64,000 nt of DNA, from positions 21,637,731-21,701,730 of the forward strand of contig NC_052166.1 in assembly GCF_902713615.1 (NCBI RefSeq), in the 5' to 3' direction. Below, in pieces: positions 48,040 through 60,821 of the stretch. The stretch is from Scyliorhinus canicula (lineage: Eukaryota). The notes beneath the pieces are model-generated. The model worked only from the letters and a program-made list of their open reading frames with translations. It was not told where the DNA came from and did no database searches. Numbering within the stretch: the stretch's first letter is position 1; the number at the start of each line of letters is the position of its first letter. The translations under genes and the position numbers were made by a program.

Positions 48040-49680
48040 ATCTGTGGAATTCCCTGCCGAGTGAAGCGGTTACCTCTACATCATTAAATGTTTTTAAGGC
48101 AAAGGTAGATAGATTTAAGGCAAAGGTAAAAGAATAAAAGGTTACGGTGAGCGGGCGGTAAGTGGAGCCGAGTCCAGAAAAAGATCAGCCATGATATTAT
48201 TGAATGGTGGAGCAGACTCGAATGGCCAGGTGACCTACTCCTGCTCTTATTCCATCAGGCTGTTTGATTAACAGTGACATTTCTCTGAATTTTGTACAAA
48301 GGAACAGGAGTAGGTCATTCAGCCCCTTGAGCCTGTTCCATCATTCAACTAGATCATGCTTGATCATCTATCTTAATGCCACTTTCCCGTGCTATCCTCA
48401 TATTCCCTGATGTTATTAGTCTCCAGAAACATATTCATTTCTATCTTGAACTTGCACAATGACGAAGCCTCCACAGCTCCCCCAGGGTAGAGAATTCCAA
48501 AGATTCATGACCCTCAGTGATGATATTTCTCCTCATCTCAGTCCTAAGTGACTTGACCCTTCTTCTGAGACTGTCCCCTGGTTCTAGACACCTCAACCAG
48601 GGGAAACTGCCTTTCTGCACCTAATCTGTCCAAACCCTGAAGAAGTTTCTAAGTTTCAATGAGATCACCTCTCATTCTTCAAACCTTTTGAGAATATAGG
48701 CCCGGTCTCCTCAATCCCTCTTCAGGAACCTATCGCGACTTTTAGTCTAGTGAACCTCCATTGCACTTCCTCTATAAGTATATTGATAAGGAGACCAAAA
48801 CTTACACAATACTCAAGGTAGTTTAACCAAGGCTCTGTGCAATTGAAGCAAACCACCTTTAATCCTACTCAAATCCTTTTGTGATATCAAACAAGCTCCT
48901 ACCATTTAAGAAATGTGGTAGATTCCTTAAATTCTACCACATTTAAGATTCCACCTATCAAAATGAATAACCCCACACATATCCAGAATATATTCCATCT
49001 GCCACGCACTAAACTTGACAAATGTTGAAGTATCTTGCATCCTCCTCACAATTCATATTTCCACCTAGCTTTGTGTTATTCGCAAATTTGGAAATATTAT
49101 ATTTGGTCCCCACATCAAAATCATTGATGTGGACTGTGAACAGCGGGGGACCAAGTACTGATCTTTGTGGTACCCTTCTAGTCAATCTGAGAATGACCCA
49201 TTTATTCCTATTCTCTGTCCGTTAACCAATCCTGAATCTATGCCAGAATATTGCTGCCTATGCTATGTGCTCTAATTTTATTTGCTAACTTCCCGTGAGG
49301 GACCTTACCCAAAGTCTGAAAATCCAAATACACCACATGCACTGATCCCCTTTTCTGCCAGTAATATCCTCAAAAACTCCAACAGGTTTGTCAAACATGA
49401 TCTCATAGAGTCCCAGTGCAGAAGGAGGCCATTTGGCCCATCAAGTCTGCACTGACCCTTCGAATGAGTACTCTACCCATTTAAGAGTGTCCACTCCACC
49501 CTATAATCCCATAACCTAACCTGCATATCCCTGGACATTAAAGGGCATTTTAGCATGACCAATCCACCTACCCCGCACATCTTTGAACTTTCATAAATCC
49601 ATGCTGACTCTCCCAATGATCATTATTTTTCAAGTATCCAGTTGTCACATTCTTTATAATATTCTGCTACTTTCACTATT
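48040..49680. mobile_element. CR1 fragments (3' end on + about 48040-48250; longer piece on - about 48300-49680, with a nested partial SINE)
   Basis: CR1 3' UTR motifs and RT remnants. Confidence 0.75.
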
Positions 49681-50068
49681 GCAGTGGGGCATGTTCCCAC
49701 AAAACCTCACAAGCAATTCAATGGGACGAAGTTAGATTCCAATAAAGTGAGGGTAGGATTGATTTGTGCAGTTACTGTACAGCAAATTGTGATACAGTAT
49801 AAATGACAGGCAGGGGAGCAACATGAGACATATTGAAAATTTAAAAAAAGAGACATTTGAAAAAAGAAATTACCTCAAAACTGGCAGACAAAATTGGTGA
49901 ACATTTCAAAATTGAACAAAGCCATATCGCAGTTCTGGAATGAGAAATTCGGACATTTCCAGGTTAATCTCTCTATTCAGGCTGCACTTCAGCTACAACC
50001 ATTCAAGGCACTGGTTCTCATTTTTTAAAGCACCTTTCTAATGGGTGAGAAGGACCAATGGAAGGAGT

Positions 50069-50982
50069 GTGGCACGGTGGCAGAATGGCTAGCAGTGCTG
50101 CCTCACAGTGCCAAGGACCCAGGTTCTATTCTGGCTTTGGGTGACCTTCTATGTGGAGTTGCACTTTCTCCCCATGTCTGTTTGGGTTTCCTGCAGGTGC
50201 TGCGGTTTCCTCCGACAGTCCAAAGATGTGCAGGTTAGGTGAAATTGCCATGATCAATATGCGGGGTTACGCGGATAGGGCGGGGGAGTGGGCCTCAGCG
50301 GATGTACTCTTTCGGATGGTCGATGCAGACTTGATGGGCTGAATGTCCTCCTTCTGCACTGTATGGATTCTTCTATGGAATCTGCTTGCACGGTGGTTAG
50401 CATTGTTGCTTCACAGCGTCAGGGACCTGTGTTCGATTCCCGGCTTCCATCACTGTCTGTGCTGAACGTGCACATTCTCCCCGTGTCTGCGTGGGTGTCC
50501 TCGAGGTGCTCCGGAATCCTCCCACAAGTCTCGAAAGACATGCTTGTTAGGTGAATTGGATATTCTGAATACTCCCTCAGTGTACCCGAACAGGCGACTA
50601 GGGGATTATCACAGCAACTTCATCGCAGTGTTAATGTAAGTGTACTTGTGACACTAATAAAGATTATTATTATTGCAGAGTCTTCGACCCCATCTCCCCG
50701 TTAAAACACGTTGAGGTCTCTGATCTGTTATTGCTGCTGCCTCCTCGGGGGCAAAGAAAAGATATATCGGCAACCGATTGCCTGCGATGTACAAAGGCTT
50801 AATGCTGGTCAGAGAATATACTAACAAGGTAATCACGAAAGGTGGGACTTTGTCTTGATGTCAAGCTAACAGTGTACCTGAACAGGCGCCAAAGTGTGGC
50901 GACTAGGGGATTTTCACAGTACCTTCATTGCAGTGTTAATGTAAGTCTACTTGTGACACTAATAAAGGTCATTATTATTATT
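50069..50982 (+). mobile_element. Cluster of V-SINEs (about 50069-50376 and 50386-50672) and an (ATT)n-tail fragment (about 50870-50982)
   Basis: tRNA heads, V-domains and tails. Confidence 0.8.
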
Positions 50983-51107
50983 GCAGGGACTTCGATCCAT
51001 GAGCCCGTTGAAACATGTTTCTCTCTTCCTCCTTTCTTAAACAGTGGAGCTACATTTTCAATCAAACTATTGTAGGATTATTTGGGCTGCTTATACCTTG
51101 TGTGCTT

Positions 51108-52370
51108 GAACAAAGAAAAGTACAGTACAGGAACAGGCCCTTCAGCCCTCCAAGCCTGTGCCGACCATGCTGCCCGTCTAAACTAAAATCTTCTACACTT
51201 CCTGGGTCCGTATCCCTCTATTCCCATCCTATTCATGTATTTGTCAAGATGCCCCTTAAATGTCACTATCGTCCCTGCGTCCACCACCTACTCCAGCAGC
51301 GAGTTCCAGGCACCCACTATCCTCTGTGTAAAAAAAAACTTGCCTCGTACATCTCCTCTAAACCTTGCCCCTCGCACCTTAATCCTATGGCAACCAGTAA
51401 TTGACCCCTCTACCCTGGGAAAAAGCCTCTGACTATCCACTCTGTCTCTGAATTTTGTAGACCTCTATCTGGTTGCCCCTCAACCTCCGTCGTTCCAGTG
51501 AGAACAAACCAAATTTATTCAACCGCTCCTCGTAGCTAATACCTTCCATATCAGGCAACATCCTGGTAAATCTCTTCTGCACCCTCTCTAAAGCCTCCAC
51601 ATCCTTCTGGTAGTGTGGCGACCAGAATTGAACACTATACTCCCAAGTGTGGCCTGACTAAGGTTCTATACAGCTGCAACATGACTTGCCAATTCTTATA
51701 CTCAATGCCCCGGCCAATGAAGGCAAGCATGCCGTATGACTTCTTGACTACCTTCTCCACTTGTGTTGCCCCTTTCAGTGACCTGTGGACCTGTACACCT
51801 AGATCTCTCTGACTGTCAATACTCTTGAGGGTTCTACCATTCACTGTATATTCCCTACCTGCATTAGACCTTCCAAAATGCATTACCTCACAATTATCCA
51901 GATTAAACTCCATCTGTCATCTCTCCGCCCAAGTCTCCAAACAATCTAAATCCTGCTGTATCCTCTGACCATCCTCATCGCTATCTGCAATTCCACCAAC
52001 CTTTGTGTCATCTGCAAACTTAATCAGACTAGTTACATTTTCCTCCAAATCATTTATATATACTACGAACAGCAAAGGTCCCAGCGCAACACCACTAGTC
52101 ACAGCCCTCCAATCAGAAAAGCACCCTTCCATTGCTACTCTCTGCTTTCTATGACCAAGCCAGTTCTATATCCATCTTGCCAGCTCACCCCTGATCCCGT
52201 GTGACTTCACCTTTTGTACCAGTCTGCCATGAGGAACCTTACTGAAGTCCATATAGACAACATCCACTGCCCTACCTGCATCAATCATTTTTGTGACCTC
52301 TTCAAAAAATTCTTATCAAGTTGGTGAGACACGACTTCCCCATCACAAAACCGTGCTCCCTCTCGCTAAT
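51108..52370 (-). mobile_element. CR1/HER1 LINE 3' part
   Basis: KFADDTKVGG, MEFNLDNCEVMHFG, LYRTLVRPHL; ttctttgttc tail. Confidence 0.92.
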
Positions 52371-52380
52371 ACAAAAATCT

Positions 52381-52544
52381 GTAAGAAGTCTTACAACACC
52401 AGGTTAAAGTCCAACATGGCATTAACCCCAGGAAGGAGCAGTGCTCCGAAAGCTAGTATTTGAAACAAACCTGTTGGACTTTAACCTGGTATTGTAAGAC
52501 TTCTTACTGTGCTCACCCCAGTCCAATGCCGGCATCTCCACATC
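52381..52544. mobile_element. Minimal fold-back Penelope pseudo-LTR element (hammerhead core truncated)
   Basis: Same family as 40423-40629; imperfect TSD acaaa(t)atctgt. Confidence 0.8.
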
Positions 52545-52899
52545 ACAAATATCTGTGGTGGTCCATTTGCCTTTTTTCTCCTTATTAGACCTTTTCGTAG
52601 CAGAGAGTCATTCCAGAGACAGCTCAGAATCAACTACATTGCTGTGATTCGGGGGTCATATCAAGGCCTGGTCGGATAAGTTCAGCCGACCCAGGTCTCT
52701 AAAGGACCCAGGAGTTTAATGTACATCGTTACTCACCCGAGCTGTCCTATTCTCGGTTTGTTTAACTGAGTTTACATTCCCGAGACGAATTTGAACTCCT
52801 GGTTCACTGTCTCTCCCCTCCCCTCAATATGCTGGCGAATGGGGGCAGGCCGTCACCCGGGGCAACAGGCTCCTCTTCAAACACCATCATCCTGACTAA

Positions 52900-53270
52900 C
52901 CCCGGGGAACCTTTGTAGCGCCTGCCACACCCCCAGTGCTCACTGCACCGATCCCCGTTTCTCTTTCTCACCTTCCGTCGCTCTCGCCTCCAGCTGCCCC
53001 CGCCGTCGCTCTCCCGCCGCGCAGCAAGCCGCGCCACCATTGGCGGGCGCCCATGTCCAATCACCGACGTCCGTACTGCGGCGAGTGTGGATTCCGGCCA
53101 ATCAGGAGGCGGCGGGCCTGCGCCTGCGCAGCGCAGCACAACAACAGGCTGTGTTGGGTCAGAGTCCGGCAGGAGGGCGGCGGTAGTCAACCGGGGGAGG
53201 GTGTGGGGACGGGGGCCAAACCCAGCGGCCATGGAGACCGGGCCGCCAGACCCAGAGATGATGCTCGACC
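52900..53270. promoter_or_regulatory. CpG-island bidirectional promoter (MRPL41 / putative PNPLA7)
   Basis: GC- and CpG-rich. CCAAT boxes at 53039-53043 (-), 53057-53061 and 53098-53102 (+); GGCGGG boxes; NRF1-like TGCGCCTGCGCA at 53119-53130; divergent splice donors on both sides. Confidence 0.8.
52972..53040 (-). other. MRPL41: Probable 5' exon of MRPL41 (transcription start uncertain)
   Basis: Strong donor GAAG|gtgaga on - at 52972/52971 inside the CpG island; pairs naturally with the acceptor at 46197. Confidence 0.7.
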
Positions 53271-53273
53271 CAG
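53231..53273 (+). CDS. PNPLA7: Probable first coding exon of PNPLA7 (METGPPDPEMMLDP, phase 1)
   Basis: gccATGG Kozak in the CpG island; donor CAG|gtattc. Gene identity is inferred only from the PNPLA7-MRPL41 head-to-head synteny; no downstream exon was recognised in the window. Confidence 0.55.
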
Positions 53274-53283
53274 GTATTCAATC

Positions 53284-53509
53284 TTTTAAAAAAATAAATT
53301 TAGAGTACCCAACTCATTTTTTCCAATTAAGGTGCAACTTAGCGTGGCCAATCCAGCTACCCTGCACATCTTTGGGTTGTGGGGTGAAACCCACACAGAC
53401 ACGGGGAGAATGTGCAAACTCCACATGGACAGTGACCCAGAGCCGGGATCGAACCTGAGACCTCCGCACCGTGAGACTGCAGTGCTACCACTGCCCAACC
53501 GTGCTGCCC
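53284..53509 (-). mobile_element. V-SINE with A/T-rich tail inserted at the putative PNPLA7 exon-1 donor
   Basis: 14-bp TSD ccaggtattcaatc at 53270-53283 and 53510-53523. Confidence 0.9.
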
Positions 53510-53597
53510 CCAGGTATTCAATCATGTCCGCTTTTTCCAAATGGTAGCTCAGCCTGACAGCGGGAATCGTGCAAACCGGTAAAAAGGAACTGTACCC

Positions 53598-53890
53598 TCA
53601 GACCTGGGGTCCAACTCTTCTACCCCCCCCCCCCCTAAATACCCAGGGTGCAACTCTCTCCCACCCCTGCCTCCCCTTCACAGACCTGGGATACAACTCT
53701 CACCACCCCACACAGGCCTGGGATAAATCCCCCTCAGACCATGGGTACAACTGTCTTTCCCACCCCCCTGGCACTAACCTGGGGTACAATTCCCCAGATG
53801 GGTACAACCCCTCTCACCCCCCCCCCCTCCCCCTGGCCATGGTACAACGCGCCCCCCTTCTCAGGCCTGGGGTAAAAAAACTCCCCTTCA
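53598..53890. repeat. Degenerate C-rich minisatellite
   Basis: About 9 variants of cagacctggggtacaactc separated by C-runs. Confidence 0.75.
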
Positions 53891-54649
53891 GATTCCTGTA
53901 CCAGCCTTCCCAAACAGGTGCCGGAATGTGGCGACTAGGGGCTTTTCACAGTAACTTCATTTGAAGCCTACTTGTGACAATAAGCGATTTTCATTTTTTC
54001 ATTTTCAGGGCTAATCCCCCCCCCCCCCCCCCAAGATTTTGACATATGCCACTCCACCGGGGAATCATTCCCCGCAGTCAGGTATAAACCTCTGCACTCT
54101 TGTGTTGACTCCTACACCTGCGTGTTTTGTGATGCAAGGCCAGGATTTACTGCACATTTAAATCGAACCATTTGGCTGCTTGCTTGAACTGCTCTAATCC
54201 TCTTGCTGTAGTTGCACCCACAGTGCTGTTAAGATTTGTGTAATCTCTAATTTTGACCCAGTGGCAATGAAGAAACGATAATATATTTCCACACAGGATG
54301 GTGTGACTTGGGAAATGTGCAGGTGGTGGTGTCCCCATGCGCCTGTTGCCCTTGTTCGAGGTGGTAGAGGTTGTGCATTTAGAAGGTGTTGAAGAAGCCT
54401 TGGTGGATTGTTGCAATGCATCTTGGAAATGGTGCACACAGTGATGTGTTAGATGCCAAGCCAATCAATCGGGCTGCTTTGTCCTGGACGGTATTGAACT
54501 TGTGTTGTTGAAGGCATGCTCGACCAGAAATTGTAGTGTTCCATCAAATTTCTGAGTTATGCCTTGTAGATGGTGGACAAGCTTTGGGGAGCAGGGAGGT
54601 GAGTTACATGCTGCAGAATTTCAAACCTTTTTGCTCTTTTAGCCACAAT

Positions 54650-55381
54650 TGTTACAAGACCTGTGAGGTTACTTGAAACCAACATATCTAAACTTATTAA
54701 TTGGTGTCCATGTGAACAAGATTTCACTTTTTGTAACGTTTACTCAAATGCAACGTAAAATAAACATGAATGAACAGGAAAATAATATTTCAAATAAAAA
54801 GGTAAATTTCACTTTGAATTATCGACACTACAAATAAATGTATGACACAACCACTTGCTTTTCACTTCAGCATGTATGGCATTACGTCGCTACACAGTTC
54901 CACAACATGATGGCCTTTATTCCTGCAGGGTATGTCTTGTGACCCAGTTGACCGCAGCTTTCACCTCTGTTATCAGAAAGGCACACTTCTATGAACTCTC
55001 TCTTTCGTGGGTCACAGCATTCCTGATGGTGCAGCTCTCCAGAATTTCTTTCCAATTGGCCAACCAACAACACACTATTTTATGGTTTGACCACTTTTGA
55101 TAAAACACCTCGCTGTTTCGCTTCTCTGATGTATTTACGCAACCTTCCAAATTTTAGACCTTTTTGTAAGCCTGTTCACAGTGCGTCCAAGAGCTCCTGT
55201 ACCTGTGTGCTGATCGCCTTCTGTCTCTGCTTCATGTGTGGCCATACCTGTCTTCTCTTCCGGCTCATACTGATTCTGGATTAAGGGTTGGCAGGTCACA
55301 TGGGTTAGTATTTCTTATTCAAGAAATTTACAGTTAATCCATTGTAATTAATGCAAAATCTTAAAAGCCATTTTCATAAAA
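54650..55381 (-). mobile_element. Solo LTR-like element
   Basis: TGTTA start, degenerate cataaaa end, TSD acaat at 54645-54649 and 55382-55386. Confidence 0.6.
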
Positions 55382-56365
55382 ACAATAACTGATTTCACAT
55401 TTAAAAAAACGTACACGTTTTTCTGACGTACCACTTCCGAGTCACGGATTGTCACATAGTTTTTATGTGGGTCATCCAATTAAGATTCTGGTCAATGGTC
55501 GCAGGATGTTGATGCTGAAGGTTTCAGCGATAGTCATTCCATTGAATATCGCAATGGGATTCTTTCCTTTGAGGTGGTTATTGCCCAGCACTTGTGTTGA
55601 TTGAATGTTACTTATTGGCCAAGCCTGAATGCTGTACAATAAGGATCAAAGTAAGATTTTATTTCATGAGTTTCTCACAAGGGCTACTCATTGATTTTCA
55701 GGGTTGCTTTATTCATTTTCACGAACTCCTTTTATTAGGTGATGCAGTCACGCAGTAACATTACCTTCTGTATTTGTGTTAAATATTTTCAGAACTTCCT
55801 TTAGCTAGATAAGATAGCACAAAAACCAAATGGAAAGACTCAACAATATGTTGCAGTTCAATTAGCTCATCCAATCTCGATCCAAGGATTAATCAGATCA
55901 AGATGGTATGCTAACAGTGTGTCAGTGCTATATTAAAGAATTAATTTGCAAAGTAACGCCTTTGTTTGGCAACACAACACATGACTTGTGCAATAATGGT
56001 TTCAAACCCAGAGCAGAGAAAACATATGGAAGTGGGTATCAGCTGTTTTAATTGAAATAAATATTCCATTACATCCAAAAGTAACAAATGTTCATCTATA
56101 GTGTCTATGTAATTATTAAATCCTTCTGAAATGTCTTTATTCATTGCCTAAATACAATTCCCAATTTGCACTAATAAATTACGATCAGATTCATCTAAAG
56201 TTTTTATAATGAAACAAAACAGGCAGGCCTAGGGACTTTAAGTTAGTTAGTAAAAGTATTTTACTCGAAGTCCAAATGAATTTGCATGGTTCTCTTTCAT
56301 GCCTGATTGTCAATTGCCTCCCTAACCCAGTTTCTACTCCACCCACTATCACAAAATTAGCAATG

Positions 56366-56712
56366 TTCATAGAATTTACAGTGCAGAAGGAGGCCATTCG
56401 GCCCATCGAGTCTGCACCGGCTCCTGGAAAGAGCACCCTACCCAAGGTTAACACCTCCACCCTATCCCCATAACCCAGTAACTCCACCCAACACTAAGGG
56501 CAATTTTGGACACTAAGGGCAATTTATCATGTCCAATCCACCTAACTTGCACATCTTTGGACTGTGGGAGGAAACCGGAGCACCCGGAGGAAACCCATGC
56601 ACACACGGGGAGGATGTGCAGACTCTGCACAGACAGTGACCCAAGCCGGAATCAAACCTGGGACCCTGGAGCTGTGAAGCGATTGTGCTATCCACAATGC
56701 TACCATGCTGCC
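56366..56712 (-). mobile_element. HE1-type V-SINE
   Basis: Head, V-domain and tail. Confidence 0.9.
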
Positions 56713-58750
56713 TCTGTGACCGACCTCTGCTGGCTGATACCCTTATTTTCGGCAAGGGATTCTTTTGGATCTGCAGTCTGAATGGGGAAGGTGCCCCCAA
56801 AGTGATGTTAGGTAGAGAGTTCCAGGCTTTGGACCCAGCCATAGAATCATTCAAATTTACAGTGCAGAAGGAGGCCATTCAGACCATCGTATCTACACAG
56901 GCCCTTGGAAAGAGCACCCTACTTAAGCCCATGGTGATTATGCAGTGATTTGAAGGGGAATTTGCAGGCGGTGATGATCCCTTCTGGGTTGTGAGTTTGG
57001 GAGCTTGAAGGAACTCTGGCAAGCAGCTGCAGAGATGTTATAATTGGTACATACTGCAGTCACTGTACGCCAGTGATGGAGGGAGTGAAATGCATAAGAT
57101 GGTGTACTGCATCCTGGATGGCATTAAGATCTCCATGGAGGCTGTCAACTTTTAAAAAGATATGAATTTCCCAGTGACTGACTCAGGGTTAAGATTTTTA
57201 CTGTAACCAACAGACTAAAATTAACATAGCCCAAAAATTACCTAATGCTAAATTGCAAAAATGGTATTCCCGATTTACTTAACACAACAGAAAAACTCTG
57301 CAATGTATATTACACCATACTCTCCACAGAAATATGTCAATGTGTGTAAAGTCCAAAGCTCCTCCTAACCTTAACAGGGTGAATCTTCCAGTGTCCTTTT
57401 AAACAAATTCTTCTGCACTCACCTTTTGAGAAAAATCAAATAGACTTCTAGTAACAGAGTGCCCTATGGTGACTTTGTGGTCATTAACTCTTCACAATGC
57501 TTGTTTCCATGAACAGTGATTCCATCCACACCAGCACTCTGCTTAGTGAGTAACCCGAAAGCAGTCCTTTCTTTCCGTCTGGTATAGCACTATCTGTTGC
57601 AGGTCACCTTCCCCAAAACTCTCGATCTGACTGACTCAGAGTCTGGGCAGCAGTAAGGCCAGCTTATCTCCTCCTTCATATCCAGGACGTTTCCAGACTT
57701 TTCACTTTGAGTTTCTTTTTCCTTAACTAGTAGGTTACGTGGATTTGTTTCTGGACGTTCCACCTCCCTCTCCAGACCACTCTGTGTTATCTTAAATTGA
57801 AGGGGACAGTTTAAAATAAAACTGTCCTATAAAATCTAAACGTTTGTAACTGCTGTTGCAATATTATGATTTATTAAGCTTCTATGCTGAGCGTGCACTG
57901 CAACCAATAATTAAATCTGATGTGGGATCGCTTGCTGTTCAGGAGGCAACCGGATGCATATAGGTTCATTCTTATAACCAGTTTATATTGTGATATCATG
58001 GTTTTAATTGTAAATTCATCAATCAAATTAATCCCAACTTGGGTATTGCCCAAATAGACTGTGATCCATTGCCATGCTCTCGCTCCTATATGCGCCGCTG
58101 TTAAATAACCTGTTTTGTTCTGTGCCAGCCCTGTTACCATAGATGTAGATCAGACAGTGGCCACTCTAATCCTGACTCGCTGTTCCTTGTAGGGTATTCT
58201 AATTATTTTCCCATCACATTGTGGTATATTGTTTCCTTGGAGAACAATATTTGAGTTACATTTTCTTGTTCTACGCACTTGAGCTATGAATGTAACAGAC
58301 AGAATCCTTGTAGATTCTGTCATTCTCAACTTGTGGCTGCAGCAAAGCCTGTTAATTGTGTAATACGAGGGTGCGATATTTACAGATCTGTCATTGGTGA
58401 TGGATGCAGTATATAGATTTGTATTGCTTTAATTGCTAAAGTGTTGATGGTTTACATGAAATTATTGTTTGCTATCACAGTGGCACCAGGGTTCAAGCTG
58501 ACTAATGACATAGTATGGTGAATGTCAAGGTGTAGCATTAGGATCTTCTCTGGATGATTCTGATCCTGCGGATCGGTTGCTTCAGATTGTAAGAATCCGT
58601 TTTTTCTCCCTAACTAGTCCGCCTCAGCACATGCTTAAAGAACCAAGTTCCTTACTCTGCAGCCCATCAATATCATTATTAGTTGGCTGTCTAGTTTTCC
58701 CATTTGTATGTATCAGAGAAGGTATGAGATTAAGAATGTTTCCGAGTGGG

Positions 58751-60684
58751 GACTTCTGATGGTGGCATGTGGGAGGAAGTCATGCAATAAGTGCCTCCTG
58801 CCAGGGTACTTGCTTTTTGGCCTTTTTTGTCTGGTTTCCTGGATGTTTTGCTGGACAAGTAGAGGAGTCCCAGTGTGGAAGCATGTCAAAAAAGATCTGG
58901 GTGGAAATTCTTCCACCAACTCGGAGGCTTCACATCGAGCTTCAGCAGGGAAGATGGCGGCTCCACTTCACTACTGTTGGAAAGGACCCAACGGAGTGTG
59001 GGTCATACCGGCTGATCTTGCTGCTTAATGTGGATGCAAGATACTGGCTATGTTATTGGTGGTAAGGCTGGAGCCCTGTCTCCCCGAGGTAATTGTGGAG
59101 GATCAGACAGGCTTTGTTAAAGGCCAGCAATTGTCAGCCAATATCAAGATGCTGTTTAATGTGGTTCTCTCTCTGTCTAAAATACCCGAGCCAGAGGTGA
59201 TGGGGTGTCTTTAGATGCCAAGAAGTTATTCAAAGGGGTAGAGTGGAGGTACCTATTTGCAGTTCTGGAGAGATTTAGTCTTGTGCCAAAATTGATTTCA
59301 TGGGTAGGGTTGTTATATGTGGTCCCCGTGGATCGTATTCGCACAATACCTTGAGTTTGGGGTACTTCAATTTGAAAAGGGGACGAGACAGGAGTGTTGA
59401 TATCTCCGCTCTTATTTGCGTCATCGATTGAGCCCTTTGCCATAGAGTTGAGGGTTTTGGAAAGGGATAAAGAGGGAAGGGGTGAAGCACAGGGTGTCCC
59501 TATATGCTGACTATCTACTGCTTTATGTTATGGACTCGGTTCCCACTATGGGTGATATAATGGAGCTGTTGAGCTTAGGTTCATTTTCAGGCTACAAGCT
59601 GAATCTGGAAAAGAGTGAATATTTTGCGGTTAACCCCAAGGAAGGGAGCCAACTCAGGGATGTTGCTTTTTCACTTGGCCAGCTCCAACTTCCAGCATCT
59701 GGGAATCCGGATGGCCCATGATTGGGGCCCGGTTGCCAATTTGAGCCGTTGAGATTGAACGCACTGTTTGGGGAGTGGGAAGGGGAAGGGCTAGAGAGAT
59801 TCGGGGACCTGTTTATAGAGGGATGGTTTGCCAGCTTGGAGGAATTGTCAACAAAGTTTGAACTGTGGGGGACAAATTTGTTCAGGACCTCCTGATAAGG
59901 AATTTTGCGCGGGTGGCCAAACATTGGCACTGTGGGTGTCTATTGGAAAGGATACCTTCGCTGGTGTCCAGTAGAGGCCCCAGCTCCCTCTCCCACTTCG
60001 CCTTCACTCCATCTGCCAGGTCCTACTCCTCAAGACACCATTCGCCCATAAATACCAGACGTGCGACCAAAACTAGGATGTGTTTTTTTTTCTCGAGGTA
60101 GAAGGCAGGTGTGATCGGTGTTCTGGGGCGGCCGGCCAATCACACGCATGTTCTTGTCTTGCCCCAAACTGGTAAGTGTTTGGGTCTCCTCCTTCAGCAC
60201 CATGTCAGCGATTTTTGTGAATATCGAGCTGGAAACTTGTCCTTTGCTGGCCATTTTTGGGGTGTTGCACTTGCCAGGGCTGCAGACGGGAGTGAAGGCA
60301 GATGTCCTTGTCTTTGCCTTGCTGATTGTCCGGAAGTGAGTTTTGCTGGGGTAAAGGTCGTCTTCTCTGCCCAGTGCCTCAATATGGTTGGATGACCTAA
60401 TGGAATTCTTGTACCTGGAGAAAGTAAAGTACGGCATCAGGAGGGTCGGTTGAAGGGTTCTACTGGAGATGACAGCCATTCAATACCTACTTTTAAGGAA
60501 TTAGTCATTGTCAGCAGTTGGGGGAGTGGGTGGTGTTGGTTGTTTTTAATCTTGGTGCATGGGGTGGGTATGGTTGTTTGGGGTTTTTGTTATGTTGGTT
60601 TTGTATATCTACCATTGATAATGTGGGTTTTGTTGTAAAACTTATTGTAAAAATGGAAAACCTTTAATAAAAATATTAAATAAA
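58751..60684 (+). mobile_element. Internally deleted L1/Tx1-clade LINE retaining both ends
   Basis: 19-bp TSD aagaatgtttcc(g/a)agtggg at 58732-58750 and 60685-60703; KDPTECGSYR, HRVSLYADYLLL, GYKLNLEKSE, H.HMFLSCPKL; AATAAA and A-rich tail. Confidence 0.85.
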
Positions 60685-60821
60685 AAGAATGTTTCCAAGT
60701 GGGAGAAAGGAGAACTTTGATCTGGATCATACTCCTGATCACAATAACGTATTCTACACCACTAATGTCATCGTTGTTGACCATCCCCTAAATTCGAATA
60801 TTACATCTAATCGGGGTTAGA

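Noticed and set aside
53598-53890. CRISPR-like repeat-spacer pattern
   Set aside because: Vertebrate DNA with degenerate units, low-complexity spacers and no cas genes.
57860-58730. Possible env-like or coding remnant on -
   Set aside because: The frame I translated by hand has many stops and no motif I recognise; left unassigned.
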